Assembly (NCBI GenBank): GCA_963822585.1
Contig: CAWGIE010000010.1
Location: forward strand, 1-64,000
Direction: 5' to 3'
Length of the DNA stretch: 64,000 nt
Origin: an uncultured bacterium
Lineage (GTDB): Bacteria > Auribacterota > Erginobacteria > Erginobacterales > Erginobacteraceae
The notes under the pieces are model-generated. The model saw nothing but the letters and a program-made list of their open reading frames with translations, made no database searches and had not been told where the DNA came from. The position numbers and the translations under genes were made by a program. Positions 27,409-35,739 of the stretch are shown in pieces; position 1 is the first letter of the stretch; each line of letters starts with the position of its first letter.

Positions 27409-29449
27409 TATTCAGGTTGCCGATATGGTCGGCCAGTTCCTTGGTCAGGCTCTCGACCCGGCTTTTCTGGGCGGTGAGTTTTTCCTGGAGACCCTCGATC
27501 TTTGTTTCCAGGTCGAGGAGCTTCTTCTCGAACCGGCTGTAGGCCGGGCTGCCCCGGGTGACCGATCCCATGTTCTTCCGGACGGGATCCTGCTCGCCGC
27601 GCAGGCTCTTCGCCTCCGCCTCAAGGTCGTTGAGTTCACGCTCGGCCTGGGAGAGGGTGTTTTTCATCTCGACCACTTCCGTCAGGGCGTCGCGCACTTT
27701 CTGGGGGACCTCGCCGTTGCGGGCGTACACGAGGAGTTCTCCGGCGGCGCAGGGCAGAATGGCGACGGTCCGGGAGGAGTCCTTCTCCTCGACCACTTTG
27801 AAAGTACCGGTCTCCCCGGCCGGCACCCCGATCTCGAACCGGTAGAGATCATCTGTCTGCTCCAGGGGTTTGACCGGCTGGATCAGCTTCCCGTCCGCCC
27901 GGCGGGGATGCTCGATGACAACGGTCCGTTCCGTCTCCGCCTTGTTTTTAAGGGTGTATTCCTGCCGGTATCGGTAGCGCCGCCCGACCTCCATGACGCC
28001 GCGGACGATCTTCACGGTCACGATCCGGTCGGAGGATGTTCGCGAAGAGTCGATCGTCATCTTGAGGTCGATCGCGTAGCTGAGCAGCCGCTTGTCCCCC
28101 GGCGAGAGGTTGCCGATCTGCGCGTCGCCGGCGTAGGTTCCCCCGTCGAAGACCGTCAGGGGCCCCCCCAGCAGGCTTAAGCCGGTATCGTTGGTGAGGC
28201 TGACCCCGTTCAGGGGATTGGAGGCGAGGACCGCCCGGTTGTAGATGCTGACCCGTTTGGCCTCGATCGGCTGGTTGACGATCGGGAACATGGCCGATTT
28301 GTTCCGGGAGAGGGTAACCGGGGTGGCGACGCGGTAGGAGAAAAGTTCGCCGACCGCCACTCCCTCGGCGGCGGGTTTAACCGCCGCCAGCTGGTCCCTC
28401 AAATCCGCCGCCTCCTCCATCTCCGTCGCTTCGTAGGCCATGAGACCCGCGCTCGGCGCCGCCGCTTTCTCCATCCTCATCGCCCGTCCCCGCATCATCG
28501 GCGCCGCGGCGGGACGGTTTTGCGCTTCACCGGCGCCCATCCCCTCATCATAGACCTGAGGACGCAGAGAAGAATAGAGCTCGGGCTCGACGACGGGCCG
28601 GGGCAGGTAAAGCGGGGTGTAGAGGTCCTGGATGAAAGAGATCGGTCGGCCGGAGACGAATGTCAGCTCGACGTTCTCCCAGTCGAAGTCGCTCGTATTC
28701 TCCACGATCGCCCATCCCTGCAGCAGGGCCGTCTCCGCGGCGGCGTCACCCAGCACCAGGCGGTAGCTGGTCTTCCAGACCGGGGCTTCGGTGATGTAGC
28801 CGAGCCGCACTTTCCGCTCCCCCTTCCCGCGGAAGCCGATCCGGATGGGCTTGCGGCTGGTGTCCCGGTTTTCGACCAGGAGGGCGAGCGCCCGGTTCAG
28901 CTCGGAATTGAGTTTCTCGTCGGCGAGGACGAGGGTGGAGATCGTGTCCAGGGCGACCGTCTTGACGCCCTCGGCGGTAAGAAGATTCAGGATCTCCCGT
29001 TTGATGATGACGTTGGCGGGGAGAACCTGTTCCGTCCGGTATTCGACGCCCAGTATCTTGCCTCGGATCTCTTCCGGCGCTTCGACAACGACCTCGGTCC
29101 CCCGGAGCTGGCTGAGAAGCTGGGCCAGGGTCGGTTCTCCGGAGATATCGACGCCGAAATCCTTCAGCGCCCGGGCCAGTGGTTCCTGGGAGGCGTAGGT
29201 CACGCCGTCGATCTCTCCCCCGTCCCGGTCGATCAGGACCAGCGACTTCAGGATGTCGTTGATCTGTTTGGTCTTAAAATCGAGGGTGACGTCGGCATCG
29301 TCCCGCACGGTGCCGTTATGTTCGAAGTAGGCCACCCCGGAGATGAAGGCGGTGACTTTGGTCACCGGCAGTCCCGCCTCCGCCCCGGCGGCCTTCCCTG
29401 CCAGCAGCGCCATCACTGATATCCACGCCAACAGATTCAGTCTTTTCAT
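27401..29449 (-). CDS. Exported DUF4139-domain protein with C-terminal coiled coil
   Basis: signal peptide; SGVAYFEH, NDILKSL, PVWKTSYRL, QGWAIVEN, SGRPISFIQDLY; GAGGAGG SD. Confidence 0.8.
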   Translation of the reverse strand: MKRLNLLAWISVMALLAGKAAGAEAGLPVTKVTAFISGVAYFEHNGTVRDDADVTLDFKTKQINDILKSLVLIDRDGGEIDGVTYASQEPLARALKDFGVDISGEPTLAQLLSQLRGTEVVVEAPEEIRGKILGVEYRTEQVLPANVIIKREILNLLTAEGVKTVALDTISTLVLADEKLNSELNRALALLVENRDTSRKPIRIGFRGKGERKVRLGYITEAPVWKTSYRLVLGDAAAETALLQGWAIVENTSDFDWENVELTFVSGRPISFIQDLYTPLYLPRPVVEPELYSSLRPQVYDEGMGAGEAQNRPAAAPMMRGRAMRMEKAAAPSAGLMAYEATEMEEAADLRDQLAAVKPAAEGVAVGELFSYRVATPVTLSRNKSAMFPIVNQPIEAKRVSIYNRAVLASNPLNGVSLTNDTGLSLLGGPLTVFDGGTYAGDAQIGNLSPGDKRLLSYAIDLKMTIDSSRTSSDRIVTVKIVRGVMEVGRRYRYRQEYTLKNKAETERTVVIEHPRRADGKLIQPVKPLEQTDDLYRFEIGVPAGETGTFKVVEEKDSSRTVAILPCAAGELLVYARNGEVPQKVRDALTEVVEMKNTLSQAERELNDLEAEAKSLRGEQDPVRKNMGSVTRGSPAYSRFEKKLLDLETKIEGLQEKLTAQKSRVESLTKELADHIGNLNIN

Positions 29450-30150
29450 GTAACGTCCTCCTCGATTTTTATCCTGCATTTATCAGTAAAGACCACACGG
29501 AAATAAATCTCATGGGTGTTTAGTTTTAAATATATTCAATCCTGCTGCTGGGGAGGCTGTTTTTTTAGATTGCTAACAATCAATTTGAGCATCAGCCCCA
29601 CCGCGATAATCAGGATTACCAGAATTGTAGTGCTGTAAAGTTGAGATCATTTGCCGGATATTAAGAACCCTGGCATCTCCAACCTCTTCCGCGATACTAT
29701 ATTTCCATCACTCCGCTTTACAGGGGGGGAGATATATTATTTGGTTATCAATGATAATCCCACTGGGGTAAACCCGGTGGTGATTTCCTCTTTTCATTCC
29801 CTACTCTCGTGGATATAGAACTGATATATATGGTACATACAGTTTTTAAATAGGTAAAGAAAGATGTAAAGAATGATGCAAAGTCGTATATTTATCGATT
29901 TTGATGGACGCATCGGATCTGATAGAATTGATCGCCATGCAACCCAAGTCACATTCAATCGCATTCGATCGTCTGGCCTCCCCCGAAGCTTTAATCGGGG
30001 TTCATTTAAAGGGGCCGAGGTAGAGGCTAATCGTTCTGTCGAAAAATCGTCCTGTTAAAAAGAAGGGGCCGAGGGCGGGGAGGAATAAAAAGTAATATTT
30101 AATCATCTGTGGTTAATAAGTTGCCTCAGCGGAGCGAAGGCTCAGTTTAA

Positions 30151-31167
30151 ATGATAATTCTCGGTATCGAGACATCCTGCGACGAGACCTCGGTCGCCCT
30201 GGTGGAGGACGGCCGGAGGATTCTCTCCAACCTGGTCGCCACCCAGATCGACCTGCACCGGAAGTTCGGGGGCGTGGTCCCGGAGGTGGCGAGCCGGGAG
30301 CATCTGCGGGTGCTGGCGCCGCTGCTGGAGGAGGCGATGAAAAAAGCGGATGCCTCCCGGGAGACGATCGACGCCGTCGCCTTCACCCGGGGGCCGGGGC
30401 TGATCGGGGCTCTGCTGGTGGGGACTTCCTTCGGCAAGGCGCTGGCCTATGGCTGGGGTATCCCCCCGATCGGGGTCAATCATCTCAAGGCCCATCTTTA
30501 CGCCCCTCTCCTCGAAGGAGGGGTCTTCGAATTCCCGCTGGTCGGCCTGATCGTCTCCGGCGGTCATACCCTCCTGGTCGAGGCTTTTTCCCCGGAGAAT
30601 GCCCGGATCGTGGGGGGGACCCGGGATGACGCCGCCGGGGAGGCCTTCGACAAAGTGGCCTGTCTTCTCGGGATCGGGTTCCCGGGCGGCCCGGCGATCG
30701 AGCAGGCCGCCCGTGAGGGTGATCCGACCCGTTTCCCGCTGCCCCGGGGGATGTTGAAGAGCGGGGACCTCGACTTCAGTTTCAGCGGGATCAAGACCGC
30801 CGTCCGCTACCTTCTGGAACGGCTGGAAAAGGCGGGTCAAGAGATCCCCGCGGCCGACATCGCGGCCGGCTTCCAGGAGGCGGTAGTGGAGGTGCTGGTG
30901 ACGAAACTGGACACCGCCGCCAAAGCGGCAGCCGCCCGGACCGTCATCGTGGGAGGCGGCGTGGCCCGGAACACCCTTCTCCGCCGGCGGGTCACGGAAG
31001 CCTTCTCCCGGGGTTCCTGCCGGGTCCTGATCGCCTCCGCCGAACTCTGTTCCGATAACGCCGCCATGATCGCCGGCCTGGGCTGCCGTATCCTGGAAAA
31101 GGGCGGGGGAGGGGACTTCACCGTGGACGCCGATCCCAATCTGGCATGGGGGGAAGGCCTATGGTAG
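30151..31167 (+). CDS. tsaD: tRNA N6-threonylcarbamoyltransferase TsaD
   Basis: LGIETSCDET, GGVVPEVASREH, GPGL, VSGGHT, DDAAGEAFDK, FSFSG, DNAAMI. Confidence 0.95.
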   Translation: MIILGIETSCDETSVALVEDGRRILSNLVATQIDLHRKFGGVVPEVASREHLRVLAPLLEEAMKKADASRETIDAVAFTRGPGLIGALLVGTSFGKALAYGWGIPPIGVNHLKAHLYAPLLEGGVFEFPLVGLIVSGGHTLLVEAFSPENARIVGGTRDDAAGEAFDKVACLLGIGFPGGPAIEQAAREGDPTRFPLPRGMLKSGDLDFSFSGIKTAVRYLLERLEKAGQEIPAADIAAGFQEAVVEVLVTKLDTAAKAAAARTVIVGGGVARNTLLRRRVTEAFSRGSCRVLIASAELCSDNAAMIAGLGCRILEKGGGGDFTVDADPNLAWGEGLW

Positions 31168-31210
31168 ACTGCCTTGATGTCATTATCGGAAGATGAGCAG
31201 GTTGTATGAA

Positions 31211-31245
31211 TGGAATAATGGAGTAATGGAGTGTTGGAGTGGTGG
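31211..31245. repeat. Family C 8-mer array, left arm only
   Basis: tggaataatggagtaatggagtgttggagtggtgg. Confidence 0.75.
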
Positions 31246-31410
31246 AGGAAAATACCCGGCGGCCGAACCGAATGCCGCTCACCCCGAGATTCCATCATGA
31301 CGGTTGTTTTAAATCCTCGATACTATTTTTTTCTTTAACATAGAAACGGATTATTGTACTATACGGTTCCTGTTTTAACGGTTCAATCAAGCGATGCGAA
31401 TTCATATGTA

Positions 31411-31518
31411 GGCTTGAATCGTTGGATTCATACTTGCCCGATAATCATAATCATAATCAATCTCAATTCATTATATAAACACTTCATTATCTACATTAGC
31501 GCCGCAGGCGCTACTGTA
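31411..31518. repeat. Second copy of the 27307 element, with an ATAATC hexamer run
   Basis: ggcttgaatcgttggat...ataatcataatcataatc...tagcgccgcaggcgcta. Confidence 0.6.
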
Positions 31519-31533
31519 TAAAGGAGGACAGAT

Positions 31534-33624
31534 ATGCGGAGATATTCGTTTCTTCCCCGGATCGGTCTGATAAGTGCGGTCGTGCTGCTTTTAACGGGCA
31601 CGGCTTTTTTGTCTCCCCTCTTCGCGGCCGGCCCGTCCATCTCGGTGAAATCGGGTTCCGGCCACTTCCAGATGGTGGGACACGAGGTGCAGCTGGAAGC
31701 GCTGGTGACCCGTGACGGACAGCCCCAGCCCAACGAGCCGGTCACCTTCTGGATCGTCACCGACCCGGCCAAGCCTTCGAAGATGAAGAAGGAGAAGACC
31801 ACCCCCAGCACCTTCCTGGTCACCGGGGAGGAGATTCCGGCGGAGGGTATCAAGATGGTGGAGGTCAGGACCGATCCGGACGGGGTGGCCACGATCTCCT
31901 ACCGCCTGGGAAGCAAGAGCGGGACCTACCAGGTGCAGGCTTCGATCGAGGGTCTCTCCGGGAAACCCGCCCTCTTCTCGATCGATTCCGGCCGGCTCCC
32001 GATCCTGATCATCACGCTGCTGGGCGGCCTGGGGATGTTCATCTTCGGGATGAACCTGATGGGCGACTCTCTTCAGAAATGGGCCGGGGGGAAGATGCGT
32101 TCCATCCTCAGCTTCTTCACCCGCAACCGGGTGGTGGCCCTGCTCTCCGGGATCGTCATCACCTTTGTTCTCCAGAGCAGCAGCGCCTGCACCGTTCTCC
32201 TGGTCGGTTTCGTCAATTCCGGCCTGATGACGCTGGCCCAGACGATCGGGGTCATCCTGGGGGCCGATATCGGGACCACCCTGACCGTCCAACTGATCGC
32301 CTTTGACGTCGGCCAGTTCGCCCTGGCCTTCGTCTTCGTCGGCTTTGTCTGCATCTTCTTCACCAAGAACCCGGGAATTAACTACCTGGGAAGGATTCTG
32401 ATCGGTTTCGGGCTCCTCTTCTACGGGCTGAAGGTGATGGGCAACTCGATGAAGCCCCTCTCCCACTATCCTCCCTTCATCGAGATCCTGAAGAACTCGA
32501 CTTCCAACCCCTTTACCGGGCTCCTGGTCTCGACGATCCTGACCGCCGTTATCCAGAGTTCGGCGGCCACCATCGCCATCGCCCTCGGTCTGGCTATGCA
32601 GACCGGTCCGGACGGAAAGCCGATCCTCAGCCTGGTGGCCGCGATCCCGATCATATACGGGGCCAATATCGGGACCACGATCACCGCCGCCCTGGCCGCG
32701 ATCGGGACCACCCGGGACGCCAAGCGGGTGGCGATCGCCCATACCACGTTCAAGATCGCCGGGGTGATCATCTTCATGTTCCTGATCGGCCCTCTCTCCG
32801 ACGTGGTCCTGAAGGTCGGGGGTACCATCAACCGGCAGATCGCCAACGCCCACACCATATTCAACGTGGTGATGGCGATGCTCTTCCTCCCCTTCACCCG
32901 GTACTTCGGGATGCTGATCATGAAGATCCTGCCGGAAGAGCCGGAGAAAGAGGGGGCTTTCAAGCCCAAGTACCTGGTCTCCGATCTCACCCGGACGCCC
33001 GGGATCGCCCTCGAACAGACCAAGAAAGAGATCTCCCGGATGGCCGATATCGCCGTCAAGATGAGCGACGACATCATCGAGTCCTTCAAGCGGAAGGATT
33101 CGGCGTTCGTGGATGACCTGATCGCCGAGAACCACAAGATCGAGATCCTGGAGGACGCCATCCGGCCCTACCTGGCCGAGATCGGCGGCCAGGAACTGCC
33201 CGAGAACCAGGCCCAGACCGCGATCATGCTCCTCAATATCTCGAATGAGTACCGGCAGATGGGCAACACCATCGCCCATGATATCTACCCCCTGACCGAG
33301 ACCTTTATCGAGGACAACCTCTTCTTCTCTCCGGAAGGATGGGCCCAGCTGCAGGAGTTCCAGGCCAAGGTGGCCGAGGACGTGCGGGACGCCACCCGGG
33401 CCTTCGAGAAGAACGACACCAAGCTGGCGGAGGAAGTGACCCAGAGAAAACCCGCTCTGGTCCGGCTGGAGAAGGACCTGACCAAGCAGCATTTCGAACG
33501 CCTGAAGAAGGGGTTGTCGGAGTCGGTCGAGACCAGCACCCTGCACATGGGTCTGATGGGGGGGTTGCGCCGGGTCAATTCCTACGCGACCAACATCGCC
33601 TATGCCGTTTTGGGACAAGTGTAA
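31534..33624 (+). CDS. Na/Pi cotransporter family protein with N-terminal exported Ig-like domain and C-terminal PhoU-like region
   Basis: QSSSA...GADIGTT and QSSAA...GANIGTT repeats, QIANAHTIFN; beta-rich N-terminus (VTF...TDPDGVAT...GTYQVQA). Confidence 0.88.
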   Translation: MRRYSFLPRIGLISAVVLLLTGTAFLSPLFAAGPSISVKSGSGHFQMVGHEVQLEALVTRDGQPQPNEPVTFWIVTDPAKPSKMKKEKTTPSTFLVTGEEIPAEGIKMVEVRTDPDGVATISYRLGSKSGTYQVQASIEGLSGKPALFSIDSGRLPILIITLLGGLGMFIFGMNLMGDSLQKWAGGKMRSILSFFTRNRVVALLSGIVITFVLQSSSACTVLLVGFVNSGLMTLAQTIGVILGADIGTTLTVQLIAFDVGQFALAFVFVGFVCIFFTKNPGINYLGRILIGFGLLFYGLKVMGNSMKPLSHYPPFIEILKNSTSNPFTGLLVSTILTAVIQSSAATIAIALGLAMQTGPDGKPILSLVAAIPIIYGANIGTTITAALAAIGTTRDAKRVAIAHTTFKIAGVIIFMFLIGPLSDVVLKVGGTINRQIANAHTIFNVVMAMLFLPFTRYFGMLIMKILPEEPEKEGAFKPKYLVSDLTRTPGIALEQTKKEISRMADIAVKMSDDIIESFKRKDSAFVDDLIAENHKIEILEDAIRPYLAEIGGQELPENQAQTAIMLLNISNEYRQMGNTIAHDIYPLTETFIEDNLFFSPEGWAQLQEFQAKVAEDVRDATRAFEKNDTKLAEEVTQRKPALVRLEKDLTKQHFERLKKGLSESVETSTLHMGLMGGLRRVNSYATNIAYAVLGQV

Positions 33625-33636
33625 AGACTAAAACCG

Positions 33637-33720
33637 GGGTGATGGAGTGGTGGAGTATTGGAGTGATGGATAACCGCCGGGTACCGGCAACACTCCATTA
33701 CTCCAGCACTCCATCACTCC
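33637..33720. repeat. Family C inverted 8-mer array
   Basis: gatggagtggtggagtattggagtgatgg ... caacactccattactccagcactccatcactcc. Confidence 0.9.
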
Positions 33721-33796
33721 CTGTCGGGAGTCCTCTGGTTCTTTGCGTTACCCTGTGTCTCCCGGCATTAAATGCAGGGAGTGATACTCTCCCCCC

Positions 33797-35077
33797 ATGT
33801 CTTCCTTCTTTCATCAGCTCCCCATCCTCTCCACGATCGGGTTGGTCCTGATCTTCGGCTTCATCGGGAGCCGGCTGGCCCGCCTGATCGGGCTGCCCTC
33901 GGTCACCGGGTATATCTTCGCCGGCGTCGTCGTGGGAAAATCCCTGCTGGGATGGATTTCGGACGAGCCGCAGAGCACCACCGCCCTGATCCTGGACACC
34001 ATCTCGATCGCCGCCCTGGGGATCATCGCTTTCAGCATCGGGGCGGAACTGCGCTTTGCCAAGCTCCGGCGCCTGGGAAAAAGCGTTCTCCCGATCGCGA
34101 TGGCGGAGGCCTTGGGCGGGACGGTGGCGGTGGCGGGGACGATCCTCATCGCCGGCTGGGTCTTCCCCTCTTTTCTCATCCCCGGCGCCGGGTTCCGGTC
34201 TCTGCTCCCCCTGGCCTTGATGCTGGGGGCCATGGCATCGGCCACCGCCCCGGCCGCCATTCTGGCCGTTATCAACGAATACCGCGCCCGGGGACCGCTG
34301 ACGGACGCCCTCCTGGCCACGGTGGCGATCGATGACGTCTTCTGCATCATGATCTTCGGGCTCCTCTTCCCGGTCGCCGTCGCCCTGACCGGGGCCGGGG
34401 CCGCCCCCACCTTCTCCGGCGTTGTCCTGGTGCCGCTCCGCGAGATCGTATTTTCGCTCCTCCTGGGACTGCTGGCGGGACTGATCATGACCGCGGTCCT
34501 GCGCTTCGTCCGGGGCAAAAGCTCCCACCTGGTCCTGATTCTGGCTTTCGTCCTCCTCCTCTGCGGTCTCTCCATGCGCTTTCATCTCTCTCCCCTCCTC
34601 ACCAACATGGCTTTCGGATGTCTGATCATCAATCTTTCCCCCCGGAGCGGATCGGTTTTAAGCGCGATCGAGAACATAGAGCCGCCCCTTTTCGTCGCCT
34701 TTTTCACCATCGCCGGCATCCATCTCGACCTCCGGCTCCTGGCCGGGATCGGCGGACTGGGGCTGATCTTTTTCCTGGCCCGGGCGGCGGGGAAGATGGG
34801 GGGAGCCGGGTTGGGGGCCCGGGTCATGGGCGCCCCCCCGGTGGTTCAACGCTATCTGGGGCTGGGGCTGCTCCCCCAGGCCGGCGTCGCGATCGGTCTG
34901 GTTATCCTGGTCCAGGAGAACCCCCGCCTGGAGCAGGTTCTCCTGGGGGATCAGCCCCTTCCCGATATCATCACCAACTGCATCCTGGCCACGGTGGCTA
35001 TCAATGCACTGCTCGGTCCGGTGGTCGCCCGGTTCGCGCTCCGCCGGGCCGGGGAAATCGGAGGGAAAATCGGATGA
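33797..35077 (+). CDS. Cation:proton antiporter
   Basis: LPSVTGY, ATAPAA, VAIDD, PQAGVAIG; many TM segments. Confidence 0.9.
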   Translation: MSSFFHQLPILSTIGLVLIFGFIGSRLARLIGLPSVTGYIFAGVVVGKSLLGWISDEPQSTTALILDTISIAALGIIAFSIGAELRFAKLRRLGKSVLPIAMAEALGGTVAVAGTILIAGWVFPSFLIPGAGFRSLLPLALMLGAMASATAPAAILAVINEYRARGPLTDALLATVAIDDVFCIMIFGLLFPVAVALTGAGAAPTFSGVVLVPLREIVFSLLLGLLAGLIMTAVLRFVRGKSSHLVLILAFVLLLCGLSMRFHLSPLLTNMAFGCLIINLSPRSGSVLSAIENIEPPLFVAFFTIAGIHLDLRLLAGIGGLGLIFFLARAAGKMGGAGLGARVMGAPPVVQRYLGLGLLPQAGVAIGLVILVQENPRLEQVLLGDQPLPDIITNCILATVAINALLGPVVARFALRRAGEIGGKIG

Positions 35078-35541
35078 AGAACGGATTAAACGTGCGGGCG
35101 GGAGAGATCATGTCCACCCCCCCGATCTCGGTCCGGTATAACACCAGCCTTCACGATGCCGAAACCCTGCTCAAGGAAAAGAAGATAACCGGGATGCCGG
35201 TGGTTGACGACCGGGAGGAGATCGTGGGGATCATTTCCGAAAAGCACCTTCTATCCATCTATGACATCCGGTCCGGCGAACAGGATCCGGGCGACCTCAG
35301 CTTCCGGCTCCCCTACGAGTACCGGACCTGGGTGGAGGAAGTGATGACCCGTAAGGTCGTCTCGGTGACCGAGGACGCCTCGCTGGAAAAGGTCTGCCGG
35401 CTGATGGTCGAGAATCACATTCACCGGGTTCCGGTTCTCCGGGGGAAGAAGGTAGTGGGGGTCATCTCCTCCCTTTCCCTGGTCGGCTTCCTCCTCCGCC
35501 TGCTGGGTGAGAAAAATTCCGGAGAGGAAAAAAGTATTTGA
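35074..35541 (+). CDS. CBS-domain protein
   Basis: EIMSTPP, MPVVD...VGII, EVMTR, IHRVPV...VGVI; ATGA overlap with the antiporter. Confidence 0.88.
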   Translation: MKNGLNVRAGEIMSTPPISVRYNTSLHDAETLLKEKKITGMPVVDDREEIVGIISEKHLLSIYDIRSGEQDPGDLSFRLPYEYRTWVEEVMTRKVVSVTEDASLEKVCRLMVENHIHRVPVLRGKKVVGVISSLSLVGFLLRLLGEKNSGEEKSI

Positions 35542-35566
35542 CTTCCCCGGACCCGGTTGATAGCAT
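35538..35566 (+). promoter_or_regulatory. Candidate sigma70 promoter upstream of polA
   Basis: TTGACT, 17-nt spacer, TAGCAT. Confidence 0.4.
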
Positions 35567-35739
35567 GGCCCCATCGTTGGATGTTCGCTAATCTTTTCCC
35601 CCATTACTGCATTGTTTTCCCATTATCGGCTTCAGATTCTTCTAACCCGAATGCCCTACACGGCGTGTGACGTGTAAAATCACCTGTATTCTTCGGTAGG
35701 TTACCCCCTTTCGCCGGTTGCTTTCCCCCGGTATCCAAG

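Noticed and set aside
18554..29449. Integron cassette array
   Set aside because: No intI, no consistent RYYYAAC...GTTRRRY attC sites after stops, and several genes overlap each other.
29873..30058. 61-aa ORF in the AT-rich gap
   Set aside because: No motif, atypical composition, and it crosses a ccccgaagctttaatcgggg repeat module.
35570..35739. Structured ncRNA in the polA leader
   Set aside because: Only short hairpins, no family consensus and no second copy in the window.
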